The notes under the pieces were generated by a model. The model did not search any database, was not told the DNA's origin, and saw only the letters and a program-made list of their open reading frames with translations. From Batkoa obscura (Eukaryota), in contig JASVEC010000126.1 of NCBI GenBank assembly GCA_030770535.1, positions 1-44,840 on the forward strand: a stretch of DNA of 44,840 bases. Reading direction: 5' to 3'. Position 1 is the stretch's first letter. Every line of letters begins with the position of its first letter. Positions 25,779-37,692 of the stretch are shown piece after piece. A program made the position numbers and the translations under genes.

Positions 25779-26486
25779 GGGTGTGAAATCGGTACTCAAG
25801 GTTTAGAGTCAAGAACAGCTATTGCTGGGTTGACTACACTGTAAGTTGAAAGGTCTTAGTTTATGTGACTAAGATAGACTTGGATTATGAGGAATAGCAT
25901 GTAATAGGTTACAAGCTATATAAGACAAATATAATAAACAATACTAATGTAAAACCTACGTAAAATACTATTAAGAAAACTTAGTGGCTTTATTAAATGT
26001 TCGAGATATCAAGGAATAATTCATCTAAAAAGCCTCGAACTACTATACTCTGTAAACTCTTTTATACTCTGAAAAGTATAAATATCAAAATGAGAGGATA
26101 ATATTCTTTTGGATGGAGCTAGAAATTCTCATAACAAACCAAAATAAGAACATGGGATTGATTTTCTCTGAACTCGAGAACACAACAGCTTAGGCGATTG
26201 TTATGCTATAATTAACCATGGGACTGACAAAGCGATATTTCACATAGGGTTGTCCTAATTGGTTATTTTTACCATTTTTATTACAAAATTCTATAAACTT
26301 TAAGTTATTATAAATAGTTATTAAAGCTAATACAAATAAATTACAATGTTTATATAGTGTGGTTCTCCTTGTCATATTAAATTTTTATTTAAATTTAAGT
26401 TTTTTAAGTTTAGCTAATCATACATTAAAGATTTTAAAATTCAAATTAATTTTTGACCAACCTCTGAAGCTAACTTGGGCATCCCC
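25779..26486. mobile_element. ~240-bp MITE with related ends, left terminus split by the LTR (pieces 25779-25781 and 26249-26486)
   Basis: Removing the LTR and one 4-bp duplication restores ATAT-GGGGTTGTCCTAATTGGTT...AGCTAACTTGGGCATCCCC-ATAT, an imperfect ~19-bp inverted repeat. Confidence 0.65.
25782..26244 (-). mobile_element. Solo-LTR-like element, copy 2 (463 bp)
   Basis: TGTGAAAT...ATTTCACA termini. On the minus strand TATAAAAG (26066-26059) is followed by AATAAA (25994-25989). Flanks TGGG/TAGG match at 3 of 4 bases. Confidence 0.8.
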
Positions 26487-26586
26487 ATATTTTTGTGATA
26501 TCTTTGTCAATACATGTCAACACTTTAAATTTACGAATGATTAGCTAAGTTAATTTTTTTCCTCTCCTTCTTATTTATTTTTATAA

Positions 26587-27740
26587 ATGACATTAAAGAT
26601 TAAACAAGAAAAGGATGTCAAAACTAATTCTGAATTATCAAAATTAAAAAAGATATTATTGGCTATAGTAATTGTATTGATCTATTAAAGACATTTAAAA
26701 TTTTTTTAGAGCAACTTGAAACAATTAAAATAGTTGTGATTTATGTAGCTATTGCTTATATTGCTGACTATCTTAATCAAAACAGATTGCACTTGCTTCT
26801 AATATATGGAGATGTGTTTCTTTGTTTAAGAATTTTACTAACAATCTTTCCACTCAAATAGCGCTTAAAAAACGGAAAAATAATGAAATCAAAAAAAATA
26901 GCCCTATATCTTAACAAAATCTTAGTTAGACCTTAACAGGCTCAATATAATTAAAACAAATTTTCATGAGTTGAACGAACTACGTATAATATTTGTTCAA
27001 GAAGTTGTAAGTGCTAGAATTGGTCCTGAAATCAATTTTACTTCAAATAATTCAGGATTGGTATCTAAAGGAGGGCTTGATAATAAATTTATTAAGTGTC
27101 TTGGAGATTTAAAGCAAACAACCAGCATTAAATTAGTGAATCCTTTTAGGCGATTTAATATAAATACTCATGATATGATAAAATTAACGGGAGATCCTAA
27201 TGTTTTTAGGTCAGGCTATTATAATCTAGCCACTAAGATTAGCCTTGATCCTTCAAATAAGCTATAAATTTTAGGGAAGATTTATGTTAAAGATTTAATA
27301 AGAGATTTGTTACTTTTAGTCTCTTTACTACCAAACACTCAAATTGTTTACCTTAATATATAGGCTTCTCTTGTAACAAAATATTTGCTAAGTCTAATTT
27401 AGCTGATAAGGGCCTATAAAAAGAAGTATATCACTTGAGTGTGAATCTATAAAAAAATAGAAGTGGATAAATTTCCTGTTCAACCTAAAGCTCTTTTCAT
27501 TTCTTGTGCCTTTTTCCAAATCTCGAACTATTAAAAGTTAATGATTTTACTTTAATGACTATTGGTACAGACGTTAGCTACAGCCTTTCTGCTTCATCAT
27601 TACATATTACACATTTTTTACCCAAAATGAAAGCATCTCACTATGATACTCCAAGGGATTCCAAACCTAATCTAGATAAAGTTGCAATAAATGGGAATTT
27701 TAGTATGCTTTTAATAGTTTCAAATGTTATTTCCAATTGA
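26587..27740 (+). pseudogene. Second F-box/LRR-like family pseudogene (C-terminal part), interrupted by a MITE
   Basis: Segments DVKTNSELSKLKKI, FIKCLGDLKQTTSIKL and FLCLFPNLE parallel DVKVEAKL*LSKSKKI, IIKCLGGLKQIKSIKL and FLFLFPNLN in 22966-24470. Stops and frameshifts are present. Confidence 0.7.
26808..26905. mobile_element. ~97-bp MITE, copy 9
   Basis: Ends GGAGATG...TAGCCCT with ATAT/ATAT flanks. Shares diagnostic variants with copy 3. Confidence 0.85.
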
Positions 27741-30679
27741 ACTTTTTAAAGGGTTTTGAAATAAGTAACGTTTATTGTATTAAAAATCTTCCGCAAAAAT
27801 TATCACAGCTTTAATGAATAGAATATCAAAAAACTATTATTTTTTTTAAAAGCTTATTTTTACTAGTTTGCTATTGTTAAATACAAAAGATAAATAAAGT
27901 AAACAAATATATGCTATAATAGTTATAATAAAATCATCAAGGATTATTAATTCTATAACAAAAAAAATAATTGATATCATGTTTAATTTGAATTATTACT
28001 AAAACTAAAATTATATTAATCTAATTGTTTTTTTATTTAAATTGGCGATTAATTTTTTTGCTTTAAAATGATTCTTAAATTCAATTTTTAAAATTTTAAG
28101 CATGATTTGTTTATATCTAAAAGAAACTAACATTTAAAAGTTGAAAAAAATTAGAGATATTTATCAAAATAATAAATATAACAATAAATTTATCTGATGG
28201 CGATGACAGCAATATAACTATAATTAGAGACAAAATTTCATATTGCTATTTAATCTTGAAATTATAACAGAATTTACATAGACACTTTAACTTGTTTAAA
28301 GGCCGAGCCTATAAAAATTAAATTTACTAAATAATTGTCAGCTTAGTAAAAATTATAGTACCCAGTTAAAGTTCTCTTGAATGTTTTTAACAAAAAGAAT
28401 ATTTAGAAAATAACAATTTTTAGCTATCGTACTATTTTAAATAACAAGCACTTGATTAAAAAGTGATGTTTTGCTGATTATTAAATATAAATAACATTAT
28501 TATTTCATAATCGGTCTTTAAAAAAGACAACTGTTAAATTATACTAGTCAAATAAGCATGGCAAATGATTTAAGAATTGCAAAATCAATTTCCATATTGT
28601 TTGTCTTGCATATTTTGTTAAAAAAGCAATATATATGTTAATCAAAACAAAATTACATTAATTTTGTGTTATTCAATATCTTTATTAGTGATAGTTATCA
28701 CATAGTGATATAAAGATTATATAACAGCTTTTTGTAATATTCTTTAACATTCTTTTTTCGTTAATCATTTCTTCTAATTGGATAATTGTACCATTTTTGG
28801 TAATTTAGAAACACAGTCAAGATATTATTATTAAGCAACTAATAATGTTTCCTTTTAATACTGGTTAGAGCTTTCTTAATATAATAAAATGTATACTAAA
28901 AGAGGGCTTAGATTGATGTAATATGTAGCTTATTTATTTTGAATATATATTTAAGTTGGTAGTTTTATTTTAAGCTCATAGCTTTAAACCAAATTAATTA
29001 TAGTTATAAAATTAAACTTTCTATTTTCTAAACTATTGTTCCTCTAATGCGTAAAAAGGGATTGAAACAGAAACCTGACTTTCAAAGTAAATGAGTTCAT
29101 TGATATCTATTGCTTCTTAGCTTTGTAAATGATAGAGATATTGATTAGTGTAAAAAAAAGTTATACTTTATTGAAGCAACCTGTGACTGCACCACAACAG
29201 CAATTCTATTCAATAAAATTCATCGTTATTAATAAATTAAAGAAAAGAGTTTACAATTAAAAAAATATAGAATTGATAATAAATTGCTTTTTCGTATAAT
29301 TAGCCGTAATCGACTTTCAACTTTAGACATTGCTTTATCCTATTTTAACAAACAACCCAACCTGTTCAAAATAATAAGGTCAATACGAAAAGAACCTTTA
29401 GATTTAGCAAGTAACTAACACTTAATTTTACCCGAACAGCTTGATAAATACTGTTGTTTTTTAGGTTAAATAAAAAGAATAAGTTTCTACTTGTGCTATT
29501 AATATAATAGAATTTAAACATAAACATAAACTTGGTTTAAATTAAATTTAATTAATAAAGCGAGTGAAGCGGTAGTACATCAATTTCATTGAAATTTATC
29601 CTATTTCATTTTATTATTTCATTGATCCATTCTATTCAATAGTAGGTTTTAAGCTACTACTCATATTAAGCTATAGTATCAATAAGTTATAAGGAGATAT
29701 TTATCCTTTTTTCAAATAAGGGTTACTTAAAGATCTATTTCTATTTATAGTTGCATATAGTAGCAGACTTTAACATTATAAATTTTAAATATAAAAATAC
29801 ATACATTAGTTACATCTTTAAATGATAAAAGTAAATATCAAAATGCTATTGATTTTCCAAAAAATAAGAGATATACATATTACCAATTAGTAGTTAAATT
29901 ACAAAGTTCATTAAAAAGCATTGTAAAATCTAAAATTAATTAACACATAATTCATATTATTCAAATATGGATAAAAACATAATATGTAAATTTACAAATT
30001 TAGTTACATACAAAGTCCAAAAAAGGCAAATTTATTACAATCCAATGTAACAAAAATCATGTTTACTTTTTTATTTCATTAACGCTATCATATTATTAGA
30101 TTTTAAGTATATAAAGAAAAATACTAAGATGTAAGTTATCTTTTTAGCATTTAAAAATGAGTCGGTTGAATTAATCAATTTTCTTATACTTATTTTCGCT
30201 TTTATTAATAATTTTTATATATTGACTATATTTTATTTAAAATATATTAATTTTAAATGAATTTAAATTTTTAAGTTATAAATGGTAATATTTTTAATAG
30301 TACGAATATTATCAATTATAATACTATATTATTTATATACATAACTATTTGACTGTTATTGCTTTGAGAAATGGCAGTAATTGAAATTGAGCAATATACC
30401 TTGTGTTTAAACTAAAAGATAATACTCAAAATAATACTTAAAACAAAGTATAAAAGTAGAACCCGATAATAAAATTAGTGTAGTAAGTTTTTTAGAAATA
30501 AATCGTATAAATTAAATATGTAAAGCAACCTTTTATAATTATAATAGCTTTTTCTTGATTATTTCATAATTTGAGTAAACTTCACAAAATAAGGTTATAA
30601 ACAAGATTTGTTCTCAAATTATTAAGCAATTTAAAAAAGCGAACACAAATGGAGATTGAATAAAGTTTCCAAAAATTGG

Positions 30680-30686
30680 TATAAAA
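30680..30686 (+). promoter_or_regulatory. Putative TATA box of the Zn2Cys6 gene
   Basis: GGTATAAAAG about 60 bp upstream of ATG 30745. Confidence 0.35.
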
Positions 30687-30744
30687 GAAACACAAATTTT
30701 ATTAATTATCGATAAATTCTACAATCTTTTTAATTTACTTCAAT

Positions 30745-31566
30745 ATGAAATCAAAGATTTATTGCTTTAAAGTCGAAGCCCAAAACAATTTAGATCAAGA
30801 AATAAATAAAGTTTCCAATGACCCAAATAACATTGGTTATCGAACAATTGCAAGAAGAATAAGTCGAGCTTGCGATGAATGTAGAAAGAGAAAGACTCGT
30901 TGTCTTGCGGAAGGAAATGCTTGCCAGCTTTGTAATTCTCGTAATAAACTTTGTACCTATGAAGCTCCATCTTTCAAACGTGGTCCTAAACCAAAAAAAC
31001 CTTCCTTGATTAATATTGGTGAACAACAATTTAAAGTAGAGCAAAATAAATCACAATATTTGCACCTTAGTTTGCCTTCTCCTCCAAGCAGTTTCCAGGT
31101 TGATCTTGGCTCAGGGTTATCAAGTTCGGTTACTCCAAGCAGTGAAATGATAACTCCATTGTTAAATGGTGATGGAAAAGAAATCTCGAATTATATTCAA
31201 AGATTATATAATAATGGTACTATTGTTTGCTTAACTCCATCCCAAGTGAATATTGTTTTAAACTATTTTTATTTCTTACATGATCAAAACCTTTTAATTG
31301 ATTATAACCGATTTATCATGTTTTTAACTAGCCCAATGTATACTACCTCCTTTAAATTTTTGTTAAACTGTTTGTTTATTGTCACCACCAAAAATTTACC
31401 TCATCTCCAGGAGGAGTATATTAACTTGTATTCTACTGATATTATTGCTAAAGAGTTAGAAAATTTGACCTGTATAATGAATTCCTTCTTTAATAATGAA
31501 AGAGAGTTAGATCTCATGATGAATCGAGAATTAGGTTTATCCCTTATGAATCTAACCTTTAACTAA
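30745..31566 (+). CDS. Zn(II)2Cys6 transcription factor, 273 aa, intronless, short C-terminus
   Basis: RACDECRKRKTRCLAEGNACQLCNSRNKLCTY followed by the KRGPKPKK linker, a Ser/Pro-rich region and only the first part of an MHR-like region. Confidence 0.92.
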   Translation: MKSKIYCFKVEAQNNLDQEINKVSNDPNNIGYRTIARRISRACDECRKRKTRCLAEGNACQLCNSRNKLCTYEAPSFKRGPKPKKPSLINIGEQQFKVEQNKSQYLHLSLPSPPSSFQVDLGSGLSSSVTPSSEMITPLLNGDGKEISNYIQRLYNNGTIVCLTPSQVNIVLNYFYFLHDQNLLIDYNRFIMFLTSPMYTTSFKFLLNCLFIVTTKNLPHLQEEYINLYSTDIIAKELENLTCIMNSFFNNERELDLMMNRELGLSLMNLTFN

Positions 31567-34500
31567 TCCCTTCTCTCCTATCATTATTGTTCATATTCTT
31601 TATTTATCTCTTGTTATCTATTAAATAAATGTAACTTTTCTGTAATTCAAATTTTATACTTTTGTATTATTATTTTATTGTTTAAGTTTAGTTCGAATAT
31701 CTAGATAACTAACTTAAATGTGAGATTAAAATATCATTCATTCTTCTATCCCTCATTTTCTTAAAACATGTTAAATACAAATTTAATTTAAGTTTTTTTC
31801 CAAGAAAAATCATTATAAATCAAGGACTCTAAAGTAGAAATTTGTTCTACAAACTCCTTAAAATCAACTTAAGGGAATAGATTGAGAATGAAATAAGTTG
31901 TATTTTTCTATCGTAGAGTATGTGTTATAGTGTTTAAATAGAACTAAAGTAATAAAATTTGTAATTTTCAAAAATATTATCAAATATAGAATTCTATTTA
32001 TTAAATTGCTATTTGATATCAACATCTAAAGTGACTCAATTGTAAAACAAAGAGAATTCCGAGTACAAAAGTTCAAAAATCAAACAAAACCAATTTAAAA
32101 ATTGTAAATTAAATATCAACTAATTGATAGTTGTATGGATGTAAGATAATATAAATTATAATAATAAAGTAAATCTAATAGAAAGTCGGAATTTCTGTAA
32201 ATTATAACTTATTAATGAATTCACTCTCAAATTATTGTTTAGATAACTTTAGTTTTGTAAATCAAACAATATACAGCAAAGAAAACTGTAAACTATTAAA
32301 TTATTAATTAAAACTACGCCATAAGCTATGTATTAGTATTATTTGTTCATTTTTTAATTAAATTACTAAGACATAGTTTATTAGAGTATTTTTTAAGGAT
32401 ATGTAATACTAAGTTACTATTGTTAATAAACCAAATTATGAATAAACATTGATGTCTAATACATCAATAGATTTAATAAAAAAATAACGTCTAGACCGAA
32501 TAATAAAACCTAGTTTTTAATCAGAAAAATAATATTTAAAGACTATTAATTTGAGATTAGCCTAAAAGCCAAGGGTCGAGACTATTTATTAATAAAGCTT
32601 TCAAAGTATCAATATAGTGATCAGCATATAGTAAAAGTCTAGACATAACCAAAGATTTAGTATTTAGGCTAAATAGTAATTGACTAAATAGTTAGTATGC
32701 GGGGAAATAAATAATGTTAAAAGAATAAAAATAGAAAGTACAAGTAAAATAACATTAAGAAGTAACTATAAAAGTAAATTAGAGTTAATTTATTATAAAA
32801 GTTCTTTTATATTTTTTTATAATATTTAGATTGAAGGTCTACGCTTACTATCTAGATTAATTCTAGATTTTGTACCATAGCTTATTATTAATAATACCTA
32901 TCTCGCTAGGAAAAATAAACTAAATTGAGTTAGTTCAAATATTATTTTATAGTTATAAATAGCGAATTAATACATTTTAATAATAAAACCATTGTTAAAA
33001 AAAACTTTGTCTAGGTTTACAATGTGAGATTTTAACTTTGATTTTAAGATTATATCTTTTAAAATTCAATTATGGAATTCCTCATAAAATTTCTTCGGCT
33101 ACTATTTGTTTGCTTATTTTTTTTAAAGCCTAATCCTTAAGTTTTAATAGCATTTATAGCTGAAGTTTTATTCTTCAATAAGCAGTTAAATATTATACAA
33201 TTAAACTTTAATAACTGTTGGTATCGACAAATTTAGTATGTTACGAAAATAGTTAAATTAAACACCAGCTCTAAAAATAAAGCAAATAACTAGTAGCAGC
33301 TTAAGATAAAACTTTTATAACTTACGCTTTTTTACATCAATCATACCACTAATGTAGAATGAATTGTTATTTTATTTGAGTTCTTTGGTACCTTTATGAG
33401 AATAGAAGAGAATAGAGAGAATCTCAAGACCTATTACTATTAAAAAAGTTGGGTAACACAAACGTTCAAAAAGTAGTTTCATAAAAACGTTTGATTTTAA
33501 TATGGAGTTTAGGTATTATTAACAATAACCCGCCTTCAGAATTAATAATTTTCATAAAAATCAAACTGATTAATATAAGTAATTATTTATTAAACTTAAA
33601 GATAATAACTTTTAGAAATCTTATATTAATTCCACTTAATATCAGTATATTATTCTATTTCTTTTATGTAGCATTTTTTAATTTACATAAATATGCCTAT
33701 GAACCTAGTTTGAAGCTCGAAAGAGCGAGAATATAATAACAATGACTTTAACCTTTTTTACACTTTATTAATTAAGACGTATTTTCCACCCATTACTATC
33801 CTTTATAAAAATAGTAAAAAGCTAATATTTTCTCCGAACTAACTCCATTTAAATTTTCAATTACCAAGGTTTGAATTATTTAAAGTTAATCGTAGCCTTT
33901 ATTGTAGAAAAATGATATGTTATATTATATCATAACCTAAGTCAATAACAAAAACTTTGATATAAAGCAGTAAATATATATAAGATGTCTACTACAATTT
34001 GTGAAGTTTTTAAATTTATTTGTTTTAAAAAAAAACCAGTATAATATCTCTAAGCCATAATTTAATCTCAGAAGCACTATTGGAATTTAATAAAAATAGG
34101 AAGGAGCGATATTTTATAAAATTGAAATATTAAAAAGTTTCTATATGTGATACTAAAAAGTTTCAATTAGGCTCATCGCATAAAAGAAGAAAAGAAATGT
34201 ATATTCTAGGTAACTTAATCTTTAGAATTAGTAAGGGAGTTTTTTTTTGCAGGAATTAGATATATAAGACCTGTAATACGTAGTGGATTTTCAAGTATTA
34301 GTAAAAGCTAATTCAAGTATTTTTTAAGAATGAATGAGCTTAAATTTCAAATTCTATTCCTAGTTGCGTTATTATTTTTCTAGACAATATAAATATAGAA
34401 ATTCGCTTTGAATACGAATTTCCAAGTCCAACATTTTGCAATTATTAAATCTACACAATATGACTAAATTTATAAAATTAGTTGATTTAATAAAAAAATA

Positions 34501-36870
34501 GTTGAGTTTTCGTGAAATCATCTTTAATTAAGCAAAATCAACTTGATTTTCGTCTTCTACTAGTTATTATTTTACTAAAAAAGCGAAGATAATTGAATAG
34601 TTAAATTAAAAAATTTAATTTAACACCATTGAAAGCTTAGGATTTTATCATCTATATAAATCCAAACTTTAATCATGTAAATTTCCAATTTTATAATTGC
34701 GAATTTCGCTTATTAAGGAATCTTTTGTAATATATTAATATACTAATATAAGCATTTATTTTATTATCTGATAACTATTTTATTAAATAAGAATTATTGT
34801 TATCAAAAACATCAATGCATTATAAAAATACAGTAGAAATTTTATCCAACTATATTGTATATCTGAAATTAGGCTAATAAAAAGTACTAGCCCTTTTACC
34901 ATAAGGTTTATTTACACTAGTAATTTCGGCTTTTTTATAATAATGTAAAATTAAAAAACAAGTTAAAAATAGTAATTTTGTTTCAATATTCTGAACTTTA
35001 ATATTATTATCAGTTGTGTCGCATGACATTTTAAGGTTTTTAAAATTACCTTCCTAACTATTGATTTTATATTATTCTAAGAGGCTTTAGCTATATTAAT
35101 ACAAATTAAACCTTATATTTGATTAATTGTATGATAATCTTAAATCATCAATATGCTGTGTACTTTTAATATACCGTTTATTATTTTTATTTATCTATTA
35201 AATATATATATATATCCAAAAACGTAGTATAAAAGTTACTAAATCAATTTATTGATTTAATATCAGTAATTTTAATCTTAGATTAATGAGTATTATAATT
35301 TTAGTTTACTTGAAAAAATAAATGGAATATTAAAATCTAAGTTTTAAACCTTTTATCATTTTTATTATTAATTATATTCAAAATAAAGTATTTAATTATA
35401 ATATATTTAAATTGATTTAGGCTATTTAGTATAAATGATAAAAATATATAGTATTTTTTGTTAATAATCGTAAGCTTTAATAATTAAAGCTAATTATAAA
35501 TCAAAATAATAGTTCAAAAGTCTTCATAGCTTATACATCTATTTTTATTTGATATTATATTATACAGAAGTTTTACATGCATTTCTAAACATAATTTTTT
35601 ATAAAAACTCACTTACAATTAAGTAGTTATATAAGCTATTTTTTGTTATAATTGAGTTACTATGCTTAATATTTGTTCAAGACAAGCCCACTATTCCTAA
35701 TAATAAAAACTATTAACAAAATACAATGTATTTATTTGTTAAATAAAATCATCATAGTATTTAAACTCTTATAATATTTTATATTGACTTATGTCTTATA
35801 TCATAAAAATGCCTATTTTTTATAAATACTAATGAATTGGGTTGAGTTAGTTAATTGAACTAATATTCATTGAAAATTTAATAGCTAATAATTGAAAAAA
35901 GTAGTTTTAAAGTAGAGAAGTTCTTTAATAACTTTTATAGCTATTATTATAGAGTAATTCAAAAAAAGTACTGGCTTAAGAAATTACATTATATTACATT
36001 TAATAGCTGAACTTAAAATAGGTATTTATAATTTTAATTTTGATCTATTTTTAAGTAGTTTAAAATTTAGAAAAACATTTAATTAAAGTTTAAAAAAATA
36101 AGAATCTTTATTATCCAAATTTATTGTTATATGATGACTTTTTTGATTTATATAATTATTAAATTTATTATAAAGATTCAATTTATTAATTTTTTTTGAT
36201 TTATTTTAATTTATTTTAAAGTCAAAAAATTAAAATTAAAGTTATTTTTTTAATTCTAAGAAAATATTATGATTATTAAAATTAATGCTAAGTATCTTTT
36301 TTTGATTCAATGCACTAAAACTAATCTAAAAAAATATTATAAAAAAATAAAATAAAGTATTATTTTAAATTATATAAAAAAATTATAATACTGTATAATT
36401 ATTAATCTTCAGATTAATAGAAAATTTTAATAAAACTATAGTATAAATATTTAGCAGCATCTAAGCCATTGCTTAACATAAATTGAAAATCCAATTTTGT
36501 TTTAAATTTTCAAAGTAGCAGCATTAGCAAATGCTCATAGTCCATCTGTCTTTTTAGCTTATCAATTTCAATATCTCAATCCTTTTAATATCCTCTTTCC
36601 CTTCTTTTCTCTTCTATTTCTTTTCATTCAGAGTTTTATTATTCGAATTTAACAACTTTTTAAATCAACTAACTCTAAATAACCAAAATTATTCAATGAG
36701 ATTGAATTTTTAACCAAATTACCAAATATAGTAATGGGATTGAATTTGTAATTAAATTAATTAATTACTCCGTGATTTTAAGGAAAGGGAGAAAAGAGAA
36801 ATTAGTAGCAAAAATCCACTTTATACTATTCAATTTATTTTACTTCTTTACAATCTACTTACTTTATAGC

Positions 36871-37182
36871 ATGAAATTTATTGACTTAATTGCAGCTACA
36901 TTTGTTTTGACCTCCAGTGTATTCGCCACTAATACCCCTAATACTAATAATGTTTCAACTCACCAGTTACAAAGAAAATCGATTCATGTACGAGAATTTA
37001 TTTATAATATCAAACGAAATTTTTTTAGTTTAAGAAATAAATTGACTTCTAAACAAAAAGAAACAAGTTCTCAAACTAGTAATGGAGATAACGGAAACAA
37101 AGATAATAATAGGGGTATCACTGCGAATGAAGTATTAGAAAAAATGAAAGGGTATTTGGATCAGCATCAAAGTAAGAGTTAA
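36871..37182 (+). CDS. Small secreted protein (103 aa), possible pre-pro-peptide
   Basis: The likely start is ATG 36871: MKFIDLIAATFVLTSSVFA is a classical signal peptide. A polar pro-like segment follows, ending LQRK, with an internal KR. Confidence 0.72.
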   Translation: MKFIDLIAATFVLTSSVFATNTPNTNNVSTHQLQRKSIHVREFIYNIKRNFFSLRNKLTSKQKETSSQTSNGDNGNKDNNRGITANEVLEKMKGYLDQHQSKS

Positions 37183-37692
37183 GCATTAAATAAATCTATA
37201 CTTTATAGTAGAAAGGCTTTTAGTGATGCTTATATTTCTATCTCTTAATCTTATCCTTTATTATTCATAATTATTATTAAATAAGGCAATATTTATATCA
37301 AAATATAATAAATTACATTGGTATATTGTTTTACAATTATGTAATATTAATTTTAATTTTAACTAAACAATTTGATCTCTAGAATTTCTTTTTAAACCAA
37401 ACCTTTTTCATTTGTAAAATTTAACTTCTATTAAAATAAATATAATATAACATTTTGTATTAATTGTTAAATTCGTAAAGTTATAACTTATTTGAATTTA
37501 TTAATTCTCTTATCATTTAATATTCTAACTTTAAATCATCATAAATATCTTAGTTACAGTTTGAAATTTTGTGTACAAAAAAACCAAACTATTTTATTAC
37601 TAAAAAAATCCATCAATTAAAAATGTTTTTCCATGTTCGCTACTATCCTCATCCACACTTTCCCTCTCTCTACCCTCCTTGTTACCTTCACT

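Noticed and set aside
36772..36870. N-terminal extension of the secreted protein in the ORF track
   Set aside because: It starts at GTG; ATG 36871 gives a clean signal peptide.
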